From assembly GCA_021810565.1 (NCBI GenBank), contig JAJZIM010000003.1:8911-72910 (forward strand): a DNA stretch of 64,000 bases. The letters are read 5' to 3'. Below, one piece after another: positions 28,195-38,513 of this stretch. Position 1 is the stretch's first letter, and the number at the start of each line of letters is the position of its first letter. The position numbers and the translations under genes are program-made. The notes beneath the pieces are model-generated. The model searched no databases and was not told where the DNA came from. It was given only the letters and a program-made list of their open reading frames with translations. Source of the stretch: Bacillota bacterium (GTDB lineage: Bacteria > Bacillota > Sulfobacillia > JAJZIM01).

Positions 28195-31098
28195 ATGAGA
28201 CGTTATCGCAAGGCCCTGGTGATCGTCACGGCGATCGCCATGGTTCTTGGGTCGATGGGGATGGCCTTCGCCCAGACGACGACCACCACCACGACCACGT
28301 CCACGTCGAGCAGCGGGGCGCTGAGCTTCTCTGATGTGAACAGCTCTACCCCCCACTACGCCTCGATCATGGATCTCGCCGCGCTGGGCGTGGTCCATGG
28401 CTATCCCAACGGCACCTTCGATCCGACCGGGGACATCACCCGGGCGGAGTTTGCCACGATGATCGATGCCGCTACGGGGCTTGCCAGCGCGGCGGCCCTG
28501 GAGCAGAACACGCCCAGCAAGTACTCCGACGTTCCGGTGGGCCAGTGGTACACGGGGGACGTTAACGTGGCCACCGCCCAGGGGTACTTCCACGGCTATC
28601 CCAACGGCACGTTCCAGCCCAACGCCAACATCACCTACGACGAGGTCCTGACCGTTCTGGTCAACGCCCTCGGCTACGGCCCGGCGGTTACCGGGGCTTG
28701 GCCGGCGGGGGATGTGGCGGCTGCGGCCACCCTCGGGCTCATGAGTGGCGTGACCATCACCGACGGCAGCGCTCCCGCCACCCGCGGCGACGTGGCTAAA
28801 CTGGTCAACACTTCTCTGAACACCAAGACGTGGTCCATGGTTAGCGGTAGCCTGCAGCAGGGTGCCAACACCCTGGCCTACAACGATCTGAAGTACCAGT
28901 ACAACAACGTGAGCTCGACCACTCCCGACACGGGCGTGGTTGTCGCCACGCCGGGAACAAACCCGAGCGCCGGCAGCAACGCCATCAAGGTGACCACTTG
29001 GAGTAGCGCCACCAGCTCGTACAGCGCCGCCACCTACACCGTGGCCAGCAACGCTGAAATCATGGGTGCTTCCAGCCTGGATAGCCTGATCGGAGAGCAG
29101 ATCGACTACATCCTGAACACCAACAACAACCAGATCCTCGCGATCAATGTGGTCACCACGCCGGCGGAAACGGTGACGGGAGCCACCTACAACTCCTACT
29201 CCGGCACGACCATCAACGTGACTTTGAGTGGCGCCACCACTACTAGCAACCTGACGGCCACCCCGGCGGCCGGGCTCCCAGTGGTTGATGTGGGCGGTAC
29301 CCTCACCACCGGCAGCGCGGCTCCGGGAATGAGCGCCGGTGACACGATCAACGTCTACGAAGACAGCGCCGGCAACGTCATCGGTATCATCGACACCAGC
29401 GTCGGCCAGTTCACGGTGAACAATGCCGTGATCACCGCCATCGGCACCAACACCATCAGCTACGAGTATGTGAGCACCACCAACGTGCTGACGCCGGGGG
29501 CCAATATCCCGGTATCCTCCAGCGCGGTGGTCACGCTGAACGGCAGCGCAAGCTCACTGTCTTCGCTGGCGGTGGGAGACGTGGCCAACATCGACGTGGT
29601 CAACGGCAGCGCTACTGACATCGCGGCTTTCAACAAGAACACCACGGGTACCATCAGCGGCATTTCCGAGAATAGTGCGGGCACCGTGACGGGGGTCACG
29701 GTGAACGGCACCACCATCTCGGTGGACTCCAACGGGATCATCAGCATCAACGGCACGATGTATCCGGGATACGGGTTCGGTAGCACCGCCAATAGCCTGT
29801 TCGGATCTTCGGCCACTATCGATTACGATGCCGGTGGAACCAACGCCGCCTACATCAACGCTACCTCCACCAGCACACCGAGTGGCATCCTGCAGGGGCC
29901 GATCTACGGTACCTCTACCAGCATCAGCGTGGATGTGAAGGGTACGGTCAACAGCTACACCCTGGCTCCTGGAGCAACCTTCAATGGAGTGTCGATCCCG
30001 GGAGCCATTGCTGCCCTGGCCATTAACGGTGTAAGCACCATCGGAGATCCTATGGTGAGTGTCAACAGCGGCAGTCCGACCCAGGCCTACGACTTCGTCA
30101 AGCTGACGTTGAACCTCAACGGCCAGGTGACGGCGATCAGCGACCTGAACTATAACGCCACCTGGGGATATGACGCCACTGTTTCGCCCTATAGTGCCGT
30201 CTCTGGTCTGGCCCAGCTACCGAATGTCCAGGTCAACACCACGGCGGGTACGCTGACCTCTAACAACCAGAACTCGAACACCTCTACTGTGGTGACCGGG
30301 ACATCGTCTGGCACTGCCAACGCCAATGGCTCTGCTCAGTACCCGCAGACTACGGGGGCCGCGGGCGGTACTGGCCAAACGTGGAACGTGAGTTCCACCA
30401 CGCCCATCTACAACATGAGTGGCGCGCCACAGAGCACCCTCTCCGGCCTGTCGGCCTTGGTCAATGGCGAGACGGTGGAAGTGGTTCCGGGAGCCACGCC
30501 GGGTTATGCGGCGGCAGTCCTGGTAACTCAGGGTGTGTCTAGCTTCGCGACCGGCGTGGTGACTGGCAGCTCCACTTCCTACAGCACCGGATCCAACGGG
30601 AGCCCTCAGGCCACCACCCAGCTTACCATGGATGTGGCGGGCACATCTAACACGTACACTGTGCCGTCTACTCTCAGTCCCCCCAGCGGCTACAACACGA
30701 AGGGCGCTGTGGTAAAGCTGACCCTGAGCGGAACCTCAGTGACCGATGTGGCGGAGCCTACTGGAATCAACAGCGTAATAGCCTACGTCTACAATCTGCA
30801 AACGGTGAATGGTGTGACTGAGTTCGAGCTAGGAAACAATGCAACGCCGGCTGACGTAACTCAGGTTCTCGCAGGCGACGCGTGGGTTACACCTACTACG
30901 CTTCCTACGGCTCCTAACTACTCTGAGTTCTACCTCACCGGGACCACGGTGGTCTGGGATGAAACGGTGGGTGCCATCAGCACCACTGCCGACATCCAGA
31001 CCGGCAAGCAGGTCTGGGTCTGGGGTGCTCTGGCTGGTAGTAGTTCCCTCAACTACAACGCCAACGATATCCAGGTAGGAAGCACACTAATCCCGTAG
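28195..31098 (+). CDS. S-layer protein with three N-terminal SLH domains and a long Thr/Ser/Gly/Asn-rich beta-rich region
   Basis: Signal peptide 'AIAMVLGSMGMAFAQ', then a poly-Thr tract. SLH motifs 'FSDVNSSTPHYASIMDLAALGVVHGYPNGTFDPTGDITRAEFATMI' occur three times. Confidence 0.85.
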   Translation: MRRYRKALVIVTAIAMVLGSMGMAFAQTTTTTTTTSTSSSGALSFSDVNSSTPHYASIMDLAALGVVHGYPNGTFDPTGDITRAEFATMIDAATGLASAAALEQNTPSKYSDVPVGQWYTGDVNVATAQGYFHGYPNGTFQPNANITYDEVLTVLVNALGYGPAVTGAWPAGDVAAAATLGLMSGVTITDGSAPATRGDVAKLVNTSLNTKTWSMVSGSLQQGANTLAYNDLKYQYNNVSSTTPDTGVVVATPGTNPSAGSNAIKVTTWSSATSSYSAATYTVASNAEIMGASSLDSLIGEQIDYILNTNNNQILAINVVTTPAETVTGATYNSYSGTTINVTLSGATTTSNLTATPAAGLPVVDVGGTLTTGSAAPGMSAGDTINVYEDSAGNVIGIIDTSVGQFTVNNAVITAIGTNTISYEYVSTTNVLTPGANIPVSSSAVVTLNGSASSLSSLAVGDVANIDVVNGSATDIAAFNKNTTGTISGISENSAGTVTGVTVNGTTISVDSNGIISINGTMYPGYGFGSTANSLFGSSATIDYDAGGTNAAYINATSTSTPSGILQGPIYGTSTSISVDVKGTVNSYTLAPGATFNGVSIPGAIAALAINGVSTIGDPMVSVNSGSPTQAYDFVKLTLNLNGQVTAISDLNYNATWGYDATVSPYSAVSGLAQLPNVQVNTTAGTLTSNNQNSNTSTVVTGTSSGTANANGSAQYPQTTGAAGGTGQTWNVSSTTPIYNMSGAPQSTLSGLSALVNGETVEVVPGATPGYAAAVLVTQGVSSFATGVVTGSSTSYSTGSNGSPQATTQLTMDVAGTSNTYTVPSTLSPPSGYNTKGAVVKLTLSGTSVTDVAEPTGINSVIAYVYNLQTVNGVTEFELGNNATPADVTQVLAGDAWVTPTTLPTAPNYSEFYLTGTTVVWDETVGAISTTADIQTGKQVWVWGALAGSSSLNYNANDIQVGSTLIP

Positions 31099-31112
31099 AG
31101 TGCCGAAGAACT

Positions 31113-31146
31113 GAGGGAGGAACTTCGGTTCCTCCCTCTTTCAACT
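31113..31146 (+). terminator. intrinsic terminator after the S-layer gene (GAGGGAGGAAC-TTCG-GTTCCTCCCTC + TTTCAACTTT)
   Basis: Perfect 11-bp stem seen in the sequence. Confidence 0.6.
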
Positions 31147-31167
31147 TTCCGAGGAAGGAGCATACTT

Positions 31168-31989
31168 GTGCCTAGGATTGAACGATCACTCCTAAAGGCC
31201 ATTGCTCCGGTCGCCTTCGCGACGAGCCTGCTGGCGCTCTTCGCCGCAGGGGCGGCGGCATTCACGCCACCTGCTGCCCCCGTGGCCTATCTGTCTTCTC
31301 CGCGAGCTTCCGCTATGCAGGACTACAACTCCTGGGCCACCTCCTGGGCGGGGCCGTACATCGGCTACGACTTGGTGAAGGGGATTGCTGCCGGCTATCC
31401 CGACGGGTACTTCCACCCCAACCGCTCTCTAACTAAGGCGCAGTTCGCCGTGCTCCTGAACAAGGCGGCGCTCTTGGGCACCTATCCCGACCAGGACCTG
31501 GCGGCGGTCTCCGCCTACCAGTGGCAGCAGGCGGGGCTTTCTCCCACGGCGGTGAGCCTGCCGTCCACGGACTGGTACGTCGCGGCAGTGGAGGCCCTGG
31601 CGGCGCGGGGGATCCTGCACTCCGCTGCCGGCTTGGACCAGCCCATCACCCGCCTGCAGGCAGCCACCTGGGTGGGCAGGCTGGTGCGCTATCAAGTGTA
31701 CTTCCGCAACGACAACTACCCGCCCTTCGTATCCGAGTTCGTGCTGGTCCACGACCCCCTGCACCCTCTGGACGAGGTGCCCCCGCCGGGCTTTGCCGAC
31801 TACTCCTCTACCGATCCCCACTACCGCAGCGTGTGGGATGCGGCGGTGAACTGGATCGTGCGGGGCCTGCCCCCGGCGACGGACAGCTCCCACCCGTACC
31901 TGGACCCGGGCGGGGTTTTGACCCGCGCTCAGGGGGCCACGTTGGTCTACCTGTTCCGGGCCGAGATGGAGGCGGGGCCGCTGCCGTAG
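31168..31989 (+). CDS. SLH-domain protein
   Basis: Signal peptide, then SLH-like repeats 'DLVKGIAAGYPDGYFHPNRSLTKAQFAVLL'. Confidence 0.7.
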   Translation: MPRIERSLLKAIAPVAFATSLLALFAAGAAAFTPPAAPVAYLSSPRASAMQDYNSWATSWAGPYIGYDLVKGIAAGYPDGYFHPNRSLTKAQFAVLLNKAALLGTYPDQDLAAVSAYQWQQAGLSPTAVSLPSTDWYVAAVEALAARGILHSAAGLDQPITRLQAATWVGRLVRYQVYFRNDNYPPFVSEFVLVHDPLHPLDEVPPPGFADYSSTDPHYRSVWDAAVNWIVRGLPPATDSSHPYLDPGGVLTRAQGATLVYLFRAEMEAGPLP

Positions 31990-32107
31990 CGACCCCGCTC
32001 CTTTTTATTAACCTTTCGTTCACACTTTCGCAAAAACTCCCTGGTATAATACTCCCCGGGTAGATGAATCGGGCGCGGGTTAGCTACCCGGAGGAGGCAA
32101 AGCCGAA

Positions 32108-33691
32108 TTGCGACGGATATGGATCCTGGTGGGGGCGGTGTTGGTACTGGCGGGGGTTGGCTGGTGGCTGCATTCCCGGGCGGTGGCCAACAGCACGGAC
32201 GGAAAGGTCCTGACTTACACCGTGCGCCTGGGGACGGTCTCGCAGAGCGTGTCGGCAGCTGCTGCGGTGGAGCAGCCTTCCACGGCCAACCTGGCGTTCT
32301 CCGGCCCGGGCCGGCTGATCTCCCTGCCGGTGCAGCTCGGCAGCAAGGTGCAGGCGGGGCAGGTCATCGCCCAGGAGGACACCGCCTCCCTGCAGCAGAC
32401 TGTGGCTCAGCAGCAGGCCAATCTGGCGGCGGCCCAGGCCAAGCTGGCACAGCTCACGGAGGCGCCCTCGTCCCAGCAGGTGGCGGCATGGAAGGCTCAG
32501 GTCGCCTCGGCCCAGACGGCTTTGAACAACGCGAAGTCTGCCTACGCGGATGCCCAGGAACAGTACCAGCAGGGCATGCAGGGGGCGCAGCTTGCAGTCA
32601 CGCAAGACCAGGCCGCACTCAGCAAGGCGCAGACTCAGTTGCAAAGCGACGAGGCAACCCTCCAGACCGATGAGACGCTCCTGACCAGAGCTGAGAATGC
32701 CGCAGGCTATGACTCGAATGGCCAACCTTTTCAAACTCCGCAGGTGATCAGCGCCCAGCAGACGGTGCAGCAGGCCCAAGCTGCGGTGGCCAGCGATCAG
32801 CAAAGCGTGCAGGTGGCCCAGGCCAACATAAGTCAGGCTCAAGCGCAGGTAAACTCCCCGGTTGCCCTGAATGCTCAGCTGGATCAAGCCAAGGCCGCGC
32901 TCCAGAGCGCCGAGAGCAGCTACGCCCAGGCTGAGGCCACCTACAACCTGAACACCGCCCCGCCGGATCCAGCTGCCGTGGCCGCAGCCCAGGCGGCCGT
33001 TCAGCAGGCCCAGGCCGCATTGGCGAGCGCTCAGGTTGACCTTTCTAACGCCACCCTCACCGCGCCTTTCTCCGGGGTGATCGGTGCCGTGAACTACACC
33101 GTGGGGGAGATGGTGGGCGGGGGCGCGCCGGTGGTCACTCTGGTGAACAACTCGTCTGGATCTTTGGAGGCGCAGGTGCAGGTGGCCGAGACGGACATCG
33201 CCCAGGTCAAGGTGGGCGAGTCGGCGGTGTTCGTGCCCGACGCCAACACCAACGAGAGCTTCCAGGGCCAGGTGCTGGCTGTGGCGGCCACTGCCACCAC
33301 CCAGTCCAACGTCACCTTCTACTACGTCACCTGCTCCCTGCAGGGCGCTGCGGGCAAGCTGGTGTCCGGGATGACCGGCACCGAGACCATCACCACGGCC
33401 ACGGCCCAGAACACCCTGTATGTGCCCGACACCGCCGTACACCTGAAGAACGGCCACACCGAGGTCTACCTGCAGGAGACCATGCACGGCCAGACGGCAT
33501 ACAAGCATCAGCGGATCAAGACCGGCCTGTACAACGAGAACGACATCCAGGTGCTGCGCGGGCTGAAGGCGGGCGACGTGATCATCGCCTCGGGCGGCAT
33601 CCCGGGCGGCAAGGCGGCGGCGGCCACGGGCTTCAAGTTCGGCCCCCTGGGTGGCAGAGGCAAGGGCGGCGCGCGAGGGCTGAAAAAATGA
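32108..33691 (+). CDS. MacA-like periplasmic adaptor subunit (HlyD family) of an ABC exporter
   Basis: TM anchor, Gln/Ala coiled-coil, '[21 protein letters not shown]' lipoyl-like motif. TTG start after an RBS. Confidence 0.75.
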   Translation: MRRIWILVGAVLVLAGVGWWLHSRAVANSTDGKVLTYTVRLGTVSQSVSAAAAVEQPSTANLAFSGPGRLISLPVQLGSKVQAGQVIAQEDTASLQQTVAQQQANLAAAQAKLAQLTEAPSSQQVAAWKAQVASAQTALNNAKSAYADAQEQYQQGMQGAQLAVTQDQAALSKAQTQLQSDEATLQTDETLLTRAENAAGYDSNGQPFQTPQVISAQQTVQQAQAAVASDQQSVQVAQANISQAQAQVNSPVALNAQLDQAKAALQSAESSYAQAEATYNLNTAPPDPAAVAAAQAAVQQAQAALASAQVDLSNATLTAPFSGVIGAVNYTVGEMVGGGAPVVTLVNNSSGSLEAQVQVAETDIAQVKVGESAVFVPDANTNESFQGQVLAVAATATTQSNVTFYYVTCSLQGAAGKLVSGMTGTETITTATAQNTLYVPDTAVHLKNGHTEVYLQETMHGQTAYKHQRIKTGLYNENDIQVLRGLKAGDVIIASGGIPGGKAAAATGFKFGPLGGRGKGGARGLKK

Positions 33692-34413
33692 CCGCTGTAA
33701 TCCGCCTGGAGGAACTCAAGAAGATCTACCGGCTGGGCAGCGTGGAGGTGCCCGCCTTGCGGGGGGTGAACCTGGTGGTGGAGCCAGGCGAGTTCCTGGC
33801 CATCATGGGTCCCTCGGGATCGGGCAAGTCCACCATGATGAACATGCTGGGCTGCCTCGACCAGCCCACCTCGGGTCGGTACTTCCTGGACGGGGAGGAG
33901 GTCAGCCGCCTGTCCGACGACCAACTGGCCGCCATCCGCAACAAGAAGATCGGCTTCGTCTTCCAGGGCTTCAACCTGCTGCCCCGCACCACCGCCCTGC
34001 AGAACGTGGAGTTGCCCCTTTTGTACGCGGGGCTGGGGGGGCGCCAGCGCCGGGACCGGGCGGTGGCGGCGCTGAACGCCGTGGGGTTGGGGGACCGGCT
34101 TGCCAACCGCCCCAATGAACTTTCCGGCGGACAGCAGCAGCGGGTGGCCATCGCCCGCGCCCTGGTCACCGAGCCCTCGATGATGCTGGCCGACGAGCCC
34201 ACGGGGAATTTGGACACCGCCTCCAGCGAGGAGATCATGGGCATCTTCCAGCGCCTGAACGACACCGGCAAGACGGTTATCTTGGTGACCCACGAGCACG
34301 ACATCGGCCAGCACGCGAAAAGGATCATCCACTTCCGGGACGGCCTGGTGGTGGGTGACGAGCCGGTTGAGGGACGGATCGTGGCGCAGCCCAAGGCGGA
34401 GGTGGCGATATGA
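33688..34413 (+). CDS. ABC transporter ATP-binding protein (MacB/FtsE-like)
   Basis: 'GPSGSGKST', '[15 protein letters not shown]', '[11 protein letters not shown]'. Confidence 0.9.
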   Translation: MTAVIRLEELKKIYRLGSVEVPALRGVNLVVEPGEFLAIMGPSGSGKSTMMNMLGCLDQPTSGRYFLDGEEVSRLSDDQLAAIRNKKIGFVFQGFNLLPRTTALQNVELPLLYAGLGGRQRRDRAVAALNAVGLGDRLANRPNELSGGQQQRVAIARALVTEPSMMLADEPTGNLDTASSEEIMGIFQRLNDTGKTVILVTHEHDIGQHAKRIIHFRDGLVVGDEPVEGRIVAQPKAEVAI

Positions 34414-35630
34414 ACCTCCTCGAGGCCCTGCGCGTCTCCTGGGGAGCCATCCAGGCCAACAAGCTGCGCTCTTTTTTGACCATGCTGGGGGTGATCATCG
34501 GGGTGGCGGCGGTCATCGCCATGGTCTCGGTGGGCCAGGGGGCCAGCGCCATGGTCACTCAGCGCATCAACTCCCTCGGCACCAACCTGCTCATCGTCAT
34601 GCCTGGGGCGGCCAACGTGGGCGGCATCAGCCAAGGCCAGGGCAGCGTCAACGCCCTGACCCTGTCCGACGTCACGGCCATTCAGCAGAAGGCCTCCGCC
34701 GTGGCCGAGGCGGCCCCCAACGCCCGGCGGCCGGTCCAGGTGGTGTGGCGAGGCAACAACGCCGCCACTACCGCCGAGGGGACCACCCCCGCCTTCACCT
34801 CCATCCGCGACTGGCCGGTTCAATATGGGCGGTTCTTCAACCAGCTGGAGGTGGACGCCTCGGCCCGGGTGGTGGTCCTGGGCACCACGGTGGTCCAGGA
34901 GCTTTTCGGCAGCGCCAGCGCCGACCCGGTGGGGCGCACGGTGCTGATCAACGGGATGCCCTTCAGCGTCATCGGGGTGATGACCTCCAAGGGCAATCAG
35001 GGGTTCGCCAACGCCGACGACGTGGTCATCCTGCCCGTGACCACCCTGATGCACCGGCTGTTCGACTTCAAGTACGTCGGCGGCATCTTCGTTTCGGCCA
35101 AGAGCACCCAGGACATGAACCTGGCCACCTCCCAGATCGATAACATCCTGCACTACCAGCACAACCTGCCCCCCACGGCCCCCAACGACTTCACGGTGCA
35201 GAACCAGCAGAACATCATGAGCATGGCCCAGGGGGTGACCAGTACCCTCACCTTCCTCCTGGGGGGCATCGCGGCCATCTCCCTTTTGGTGGGCGGCATC
35301 GGGATCATGAACATCATGCTGGTGTCGGTGACCGAGCGCACCCGGGAGATCGGCATCCGCAAGGCCATCGGCGCCCGCCGCGCGGATGTCATGACCCAGT
35401 TCCTCATCGAGGCGGTGATGTTGTCCCTGATGGGCGGCGTGCTGGGGGTGGCGGGAGGGGTGGCCCTGTCCCACTTAGTGGCGCGCATAGGGCACCTGCC
35501 CTCGGTGGTGTCGCCCCTGGCCATAGCGGTGGCCTTCGGCTTCGCGGCCCTCATCGGCATCGTCTTCGGGGTCTTCCCGGCCTTCAAGGCCTCGCGCCAA
35601 AGCCCCATCGAGGCCTTGCGCTACGAGTGA
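34410..35630 (+). CDS. ABC transporter permease (FtsX/MacB-like)
   Basis: N-terminal TM, MacB periplasmic domain, C-terminal FtsX 4-TM '[33 protein letters not shown]'. Confidence 0.85.
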   Translation: MNLLEALRVSWGAIQANKLRSFLTMLGVIIGVAAVIAMVSVGQGASAMVTQRINSLGTNLLIVMPGAANVGGISQGQGSVNALTLSDVTAIQQKASAVAEAAPNARRPVQVVWRGNNAATTAEGTTPAFTSIRDWPVQYGRFFNQLEVDASARVVVLGTTVVQELFGSASADPVGRTVLINGMPFSVIGVMTSKGNQGFANADDVVILPVTTLMHRLFDFKYVGGIFVSAKSTQDMNLATSQIDNILHYQHNLPPTAPNDFTVQNQQNIMSMAQGVTSTLTFLLGGIAAISLLVGGIGIMNIMLVSVTERTREIGIRKAIGARRADVMTQFLIEAVMLSLMGGVLGVAGGVALSHLVARIGHLPSVVSPLAIAVAFGFAALIGIVFGVFPAFKASRQSPIEALRYE

Positions 35631-35685
35631 GGCCTGCAAAAATGCTCGGCAACGCACGAAGTTATAGGGTGAGGAGGGATGACGG

Positions 35686-36519
35686 ATGCGGCTACTTCCT
35701 CTGGTCTTGATCGGCTGCTTGGTGGGCGCCCCCGCCGTGGCGGCCACCACCTATACCGCCGCCAGCAGCAACTGGGCCGGTTACGCCGTGGAGACGGGAG
35801 GAGTGACCGGGGCGGCGGCCACCTGGACGGTGCCCGCGGTCACCACCGACGGCTACTCCTCCACCTGGGTGGGCATCGGCGGCATCCGCGGCGGCAGCCT
35901 CCTGCAGGTCGGCACCGAGCAGAACCTGACTCCCGCCGGTCCCCGCTACTTCCTCTGGTGGGAGGCCCTGCCCCAGGCGCAGCGCCCCGTCCTGGAGGTG
36001 AGCCCCGGCGACACCGTCCACGCCTCGGTGCGGCAGGCGGGCAGCGACCTGTGGCGGGTGCGCGTCATCGACCAGACCACCGGCCAGCGCTTCACCCGGC
36101 TGGTGCGCTACCGCCTCAGCCGCACCTCCGCCGAGTGGGTGGAGGAGGATCCCACCCAGGTGGGGGCAGGGCTCTTGCCCCTGGCCGACTTCGGCTCGGT
36201 GACCTTCCAGAACGCCACCGTGTCGCTTGACGGCAGGACCTACTCTCCCGCTCAGCTGAACAACCTGGCCCTGACCCTGGGCAGTCCCTACGGCCAGGCC
36301 CAGGCCGCGCCCGGCCCCCTGAGCTCCTCGGGCGGGTTTACCGTCCAGTACGCCGCGGTGCCGGCCCCTGTCCCGACCTACGCGCCGCCCCAGTTCCAGG
36401 TGCAGGTGGCGCCCTACCCGCCGCCCGACACGGCGCGCCTGCTGCGGGAACTGCGCCGGGAGATCCGCCTCTTGCGCCAACTGCAGCGGGAAATGTACAG
36501 CTACGGCTACGGATACTGA
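35686..36519 (+). CDS. secreted peptidase G1 (eqolisin/scytalidoglutamic peptidase)-like protein
   Basis: Signal peptide. 'SSNWAGYAV', 'TWTVPAV' and 'STWVGIGG' signature blocks. Pro-rich C-terminal tail. Confidence 0.6.
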   Translation: MRLLPLVLIGCLVGAPAVAATTYTAASSNWAGYAVETGGVTGAAATWTVPAVTTDGYSSTWVGIGGIRGGSLLQVGTEQNLTPAGPRYFLWWEALPQAQRPVLEVSPGDTVHASVRQAGSDLWRVRVIDQTTGQRFTRLVRYRLSRTSAEWVEEDPTQVGAGLLPLADFGSVTFQNATVSLDGRTYSPAQLNNLALTLGSPYGQAQAAPGPLSSSGGFTVQYAAVPAPVPTYAPPQFQVQVAPYPPPDTARLLRELRREIRLLRQLQREMYSYGYGY

Positions 36520-36533
36520 CCATGATGCGAGTG

Positions 36534-36569
36534 CTCCCCCCGGCATCTGCCGGGGGGAGTTGTGTTGTG
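36534..36569 (+). terminator. intrinsic terminator (CTCCCCCCGG-CATCTG-CCGGGGGGAG + TTGTGTTGTG)
   Basis: 10-bp perfect stem after the peptidase gene. Confidence 0.5.
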
Positions 36570-36881
36570 CCGCCATATCAAGAGGCGCGGGGGCAGCGGG
36601 ATGTCAGACCCACATGGCCCGGGAGCGGGGGGCAGCGGGGTGTTCGCTTCGCCAATCCACCTGCCGGGCTTGGCGCCAAACAGGATCGATCTTTGGCTGG
36701 CAACGGTGTGACGCCGTGCCCCCGCCGACACGGGCGAGGGGGAGGAAACTCCTCCGGCCCTTCTTGTTGGGTGGTCCAGAGCTTCCCGCGGCAGGGCGGA
36801 AGTCAGGTCCTCCCGGGCGGATCCGGACGCCAACACCGTGGCCACCTTTCGGCTCACCTCAGGTGCGGCAAAGGGCCAAGA

Positions 36882-37475
36882 TCATTCGCGACGTGATTGT
36901 GAGCGCCAAGTAGATAACGCTAAATGGGAAAACTTTGGAGTTGTCCGCATTAAAGCGGAGAGGATGGCTTGTACTGAGTTCATTGGCTCGTGACGTTCTC
37001 GCGACAAGTTGTCTAATAATACCAGGAACCTATCAGGTGCCAATTCGAACTGGAAAAGCAAGAAGATATCCGGAGTTTGCACCTCAATTCCATATCTGCA
37101 GCAGATATCCGGTGGGAAGTGTTTAATATTGCATGTTACCAATACATCGGCACGAGCAGCGATGGCCGCCGCAAGAACGTGCCGATCATCCGCGTGGTTA
37201 CCGACATATGGTTCCAAGTTAGCATATGAGTATTTCTCAACCATTGCCTCCGGAAAGGCATCCTCCATGATGCCACGAAGGTACTTTGCTCCGGCAAGTG
37301 CCTCTTTAGGATTGGTGACGGTGGTGCGGCTGACGAGTGCTTTTTCCACTTCATCTAGGACGTCAGCGCTCCATTTGATTTGGCATATGCCAGCTTCGGC
37401 AATGGTAAGCAAAACATCCCGTAAAGTCGCTGGATATAAAACACATGAGTCGAGAAATGCTACGAATGCTGGCAT
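36882..37475 (-). CDS. PIN-domain toxin (type II TA)
   Basis: 'AFLDSCVLYPATLRDVLL...DDRHVLAAAIAARADVLVTCNIKHF'. Lies in an AT-rich patch. Confidence 0.65.
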   Translation of the reverse strand: MPAFVAFLDSCVLYPATLRDVLLTIAEAGICQIKWSADVLDEVEKALVSRTTVTNPKEALAGAKYLRGIMEDAFPEAMVEKYSYANLEPYVGNHADDRHVLAAAIAARADVLVTCNIKHFPPDICCRYGIEVQTPDIFLLFQFELAPDRFLVLLDNLSRERHEPMNSVQAILSALMRTTPKFSHLALSTWRSQSRRE

Positions 37476-37481
37476 AACCCG

Positions 37482-37958
37482 CTACTCATGTCCTTTGTCA
37501 TCTTTAACTGCCACCTCATTCTCATACAGTCCCAAAGACTCGGTGGCCCTGATCAACTCTCCCAACTGAGCATGACGCAGGGCGTCGCGCCGCTCCCCGA
37601 AGCGCACAAGGTCCTGTAGGCGGATCCTCCGGTGGGTGCCCACCTTGCGGTAGGCGATCTTGCCCTGCTCCAGGAGGCGCACCACATAGGGGCGCGACAC
37701 CTGCAAGATTTCGGCCGCCTGTTGGGTGGTCAGTTCCTGGCCCAGGTGAAGGATCATCACGGAGCAGCCTTGGGCCAGACGCTGGGCCGCCTCGGCGAGG
37801 ATGCTAAACAAGGTTTGGGGGACGGCATACCGCTCCCCGGTTTCCTCATTGACCAAGAAGCAGGAGGCCGTGCCGGCGCCAGACAGTTTGCCGGCCAAAC
37901 GGCGCAGTTGCTCGAGCTCCTGGGCGTCGGCGACCAGGGGACGACTGGTGGGTGACAT
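37482..37958 (-). CDS. HTH (excisionase-family) DNA-binding antitoxin partner of the PIN toxin
   Basis: 'LTTQQAAEILQVSRPYVVRLLEQGKIAYRKVGTHRRIRLQDL'. 6 nt upstream of the PIN gene. Confidence 0.6.
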   Translation of the reverse strand: MSPTSRPLVADAQELEQLRRLAGKLSGAGTASCFLVNEETGERYAVPQTLFSILAEAAQRLAQGCSVMILHLGQELTTQQAAEILQVSRPYVVRLLEQGKIAYRKVGTHRRIRLQDLVRFGERRDALRHAQLGELIRATESLGLYENEVAVKDDKGHE

Positions 37959-38513
37959 TTCGAAGCACCTCCTCGGCACCGCCGCTATTCCCGCCGGTGC
38001 TATTATACCCGATAAACGCAATAAACGCAATGATGCCTGCGAATCCTTGGCCCGTCCCCGGGGGGAGCCTTGGCCTGGGTGTTCCGAGACGGCGCTGCTT
38101 TGGCTGGCCCTCCGGAGCGAACCTGCCCGGGGAGCCATTACCACCCTGAGGGATCCCGTCACCGGGAACCTGTCGTCACCGGCCCATCAGGGCTTTCAAA
38201 ACTAGCTGTCCGACCGGTGGGGGAACATCGGACGCAAACCGGCCCAGGAGCACGCCGTCGCGGCGGTGACCCGCACTCCCGGGCCCGCTGAGATCGACCG
38301 GAAGCCCGCGCCGTACCTGAAGCCGGGGAGGAGGTGGCCTTCTCGGACAGCCGTGGGCGACCTGGGCGGCGCCGGCGGCGGGTCCACGAGCGCCGCCGGG
38401 TGGCGGACTTCCCGGGGCCCGCTTTTTTTATGCGCCGGCAGGAGGAGCCGCACCGTCGGTAGAAGTGATGAGGGGAGGAAGGAACCGGAAGCGGGAGAAG
38501 GAGTGGATGAGCT

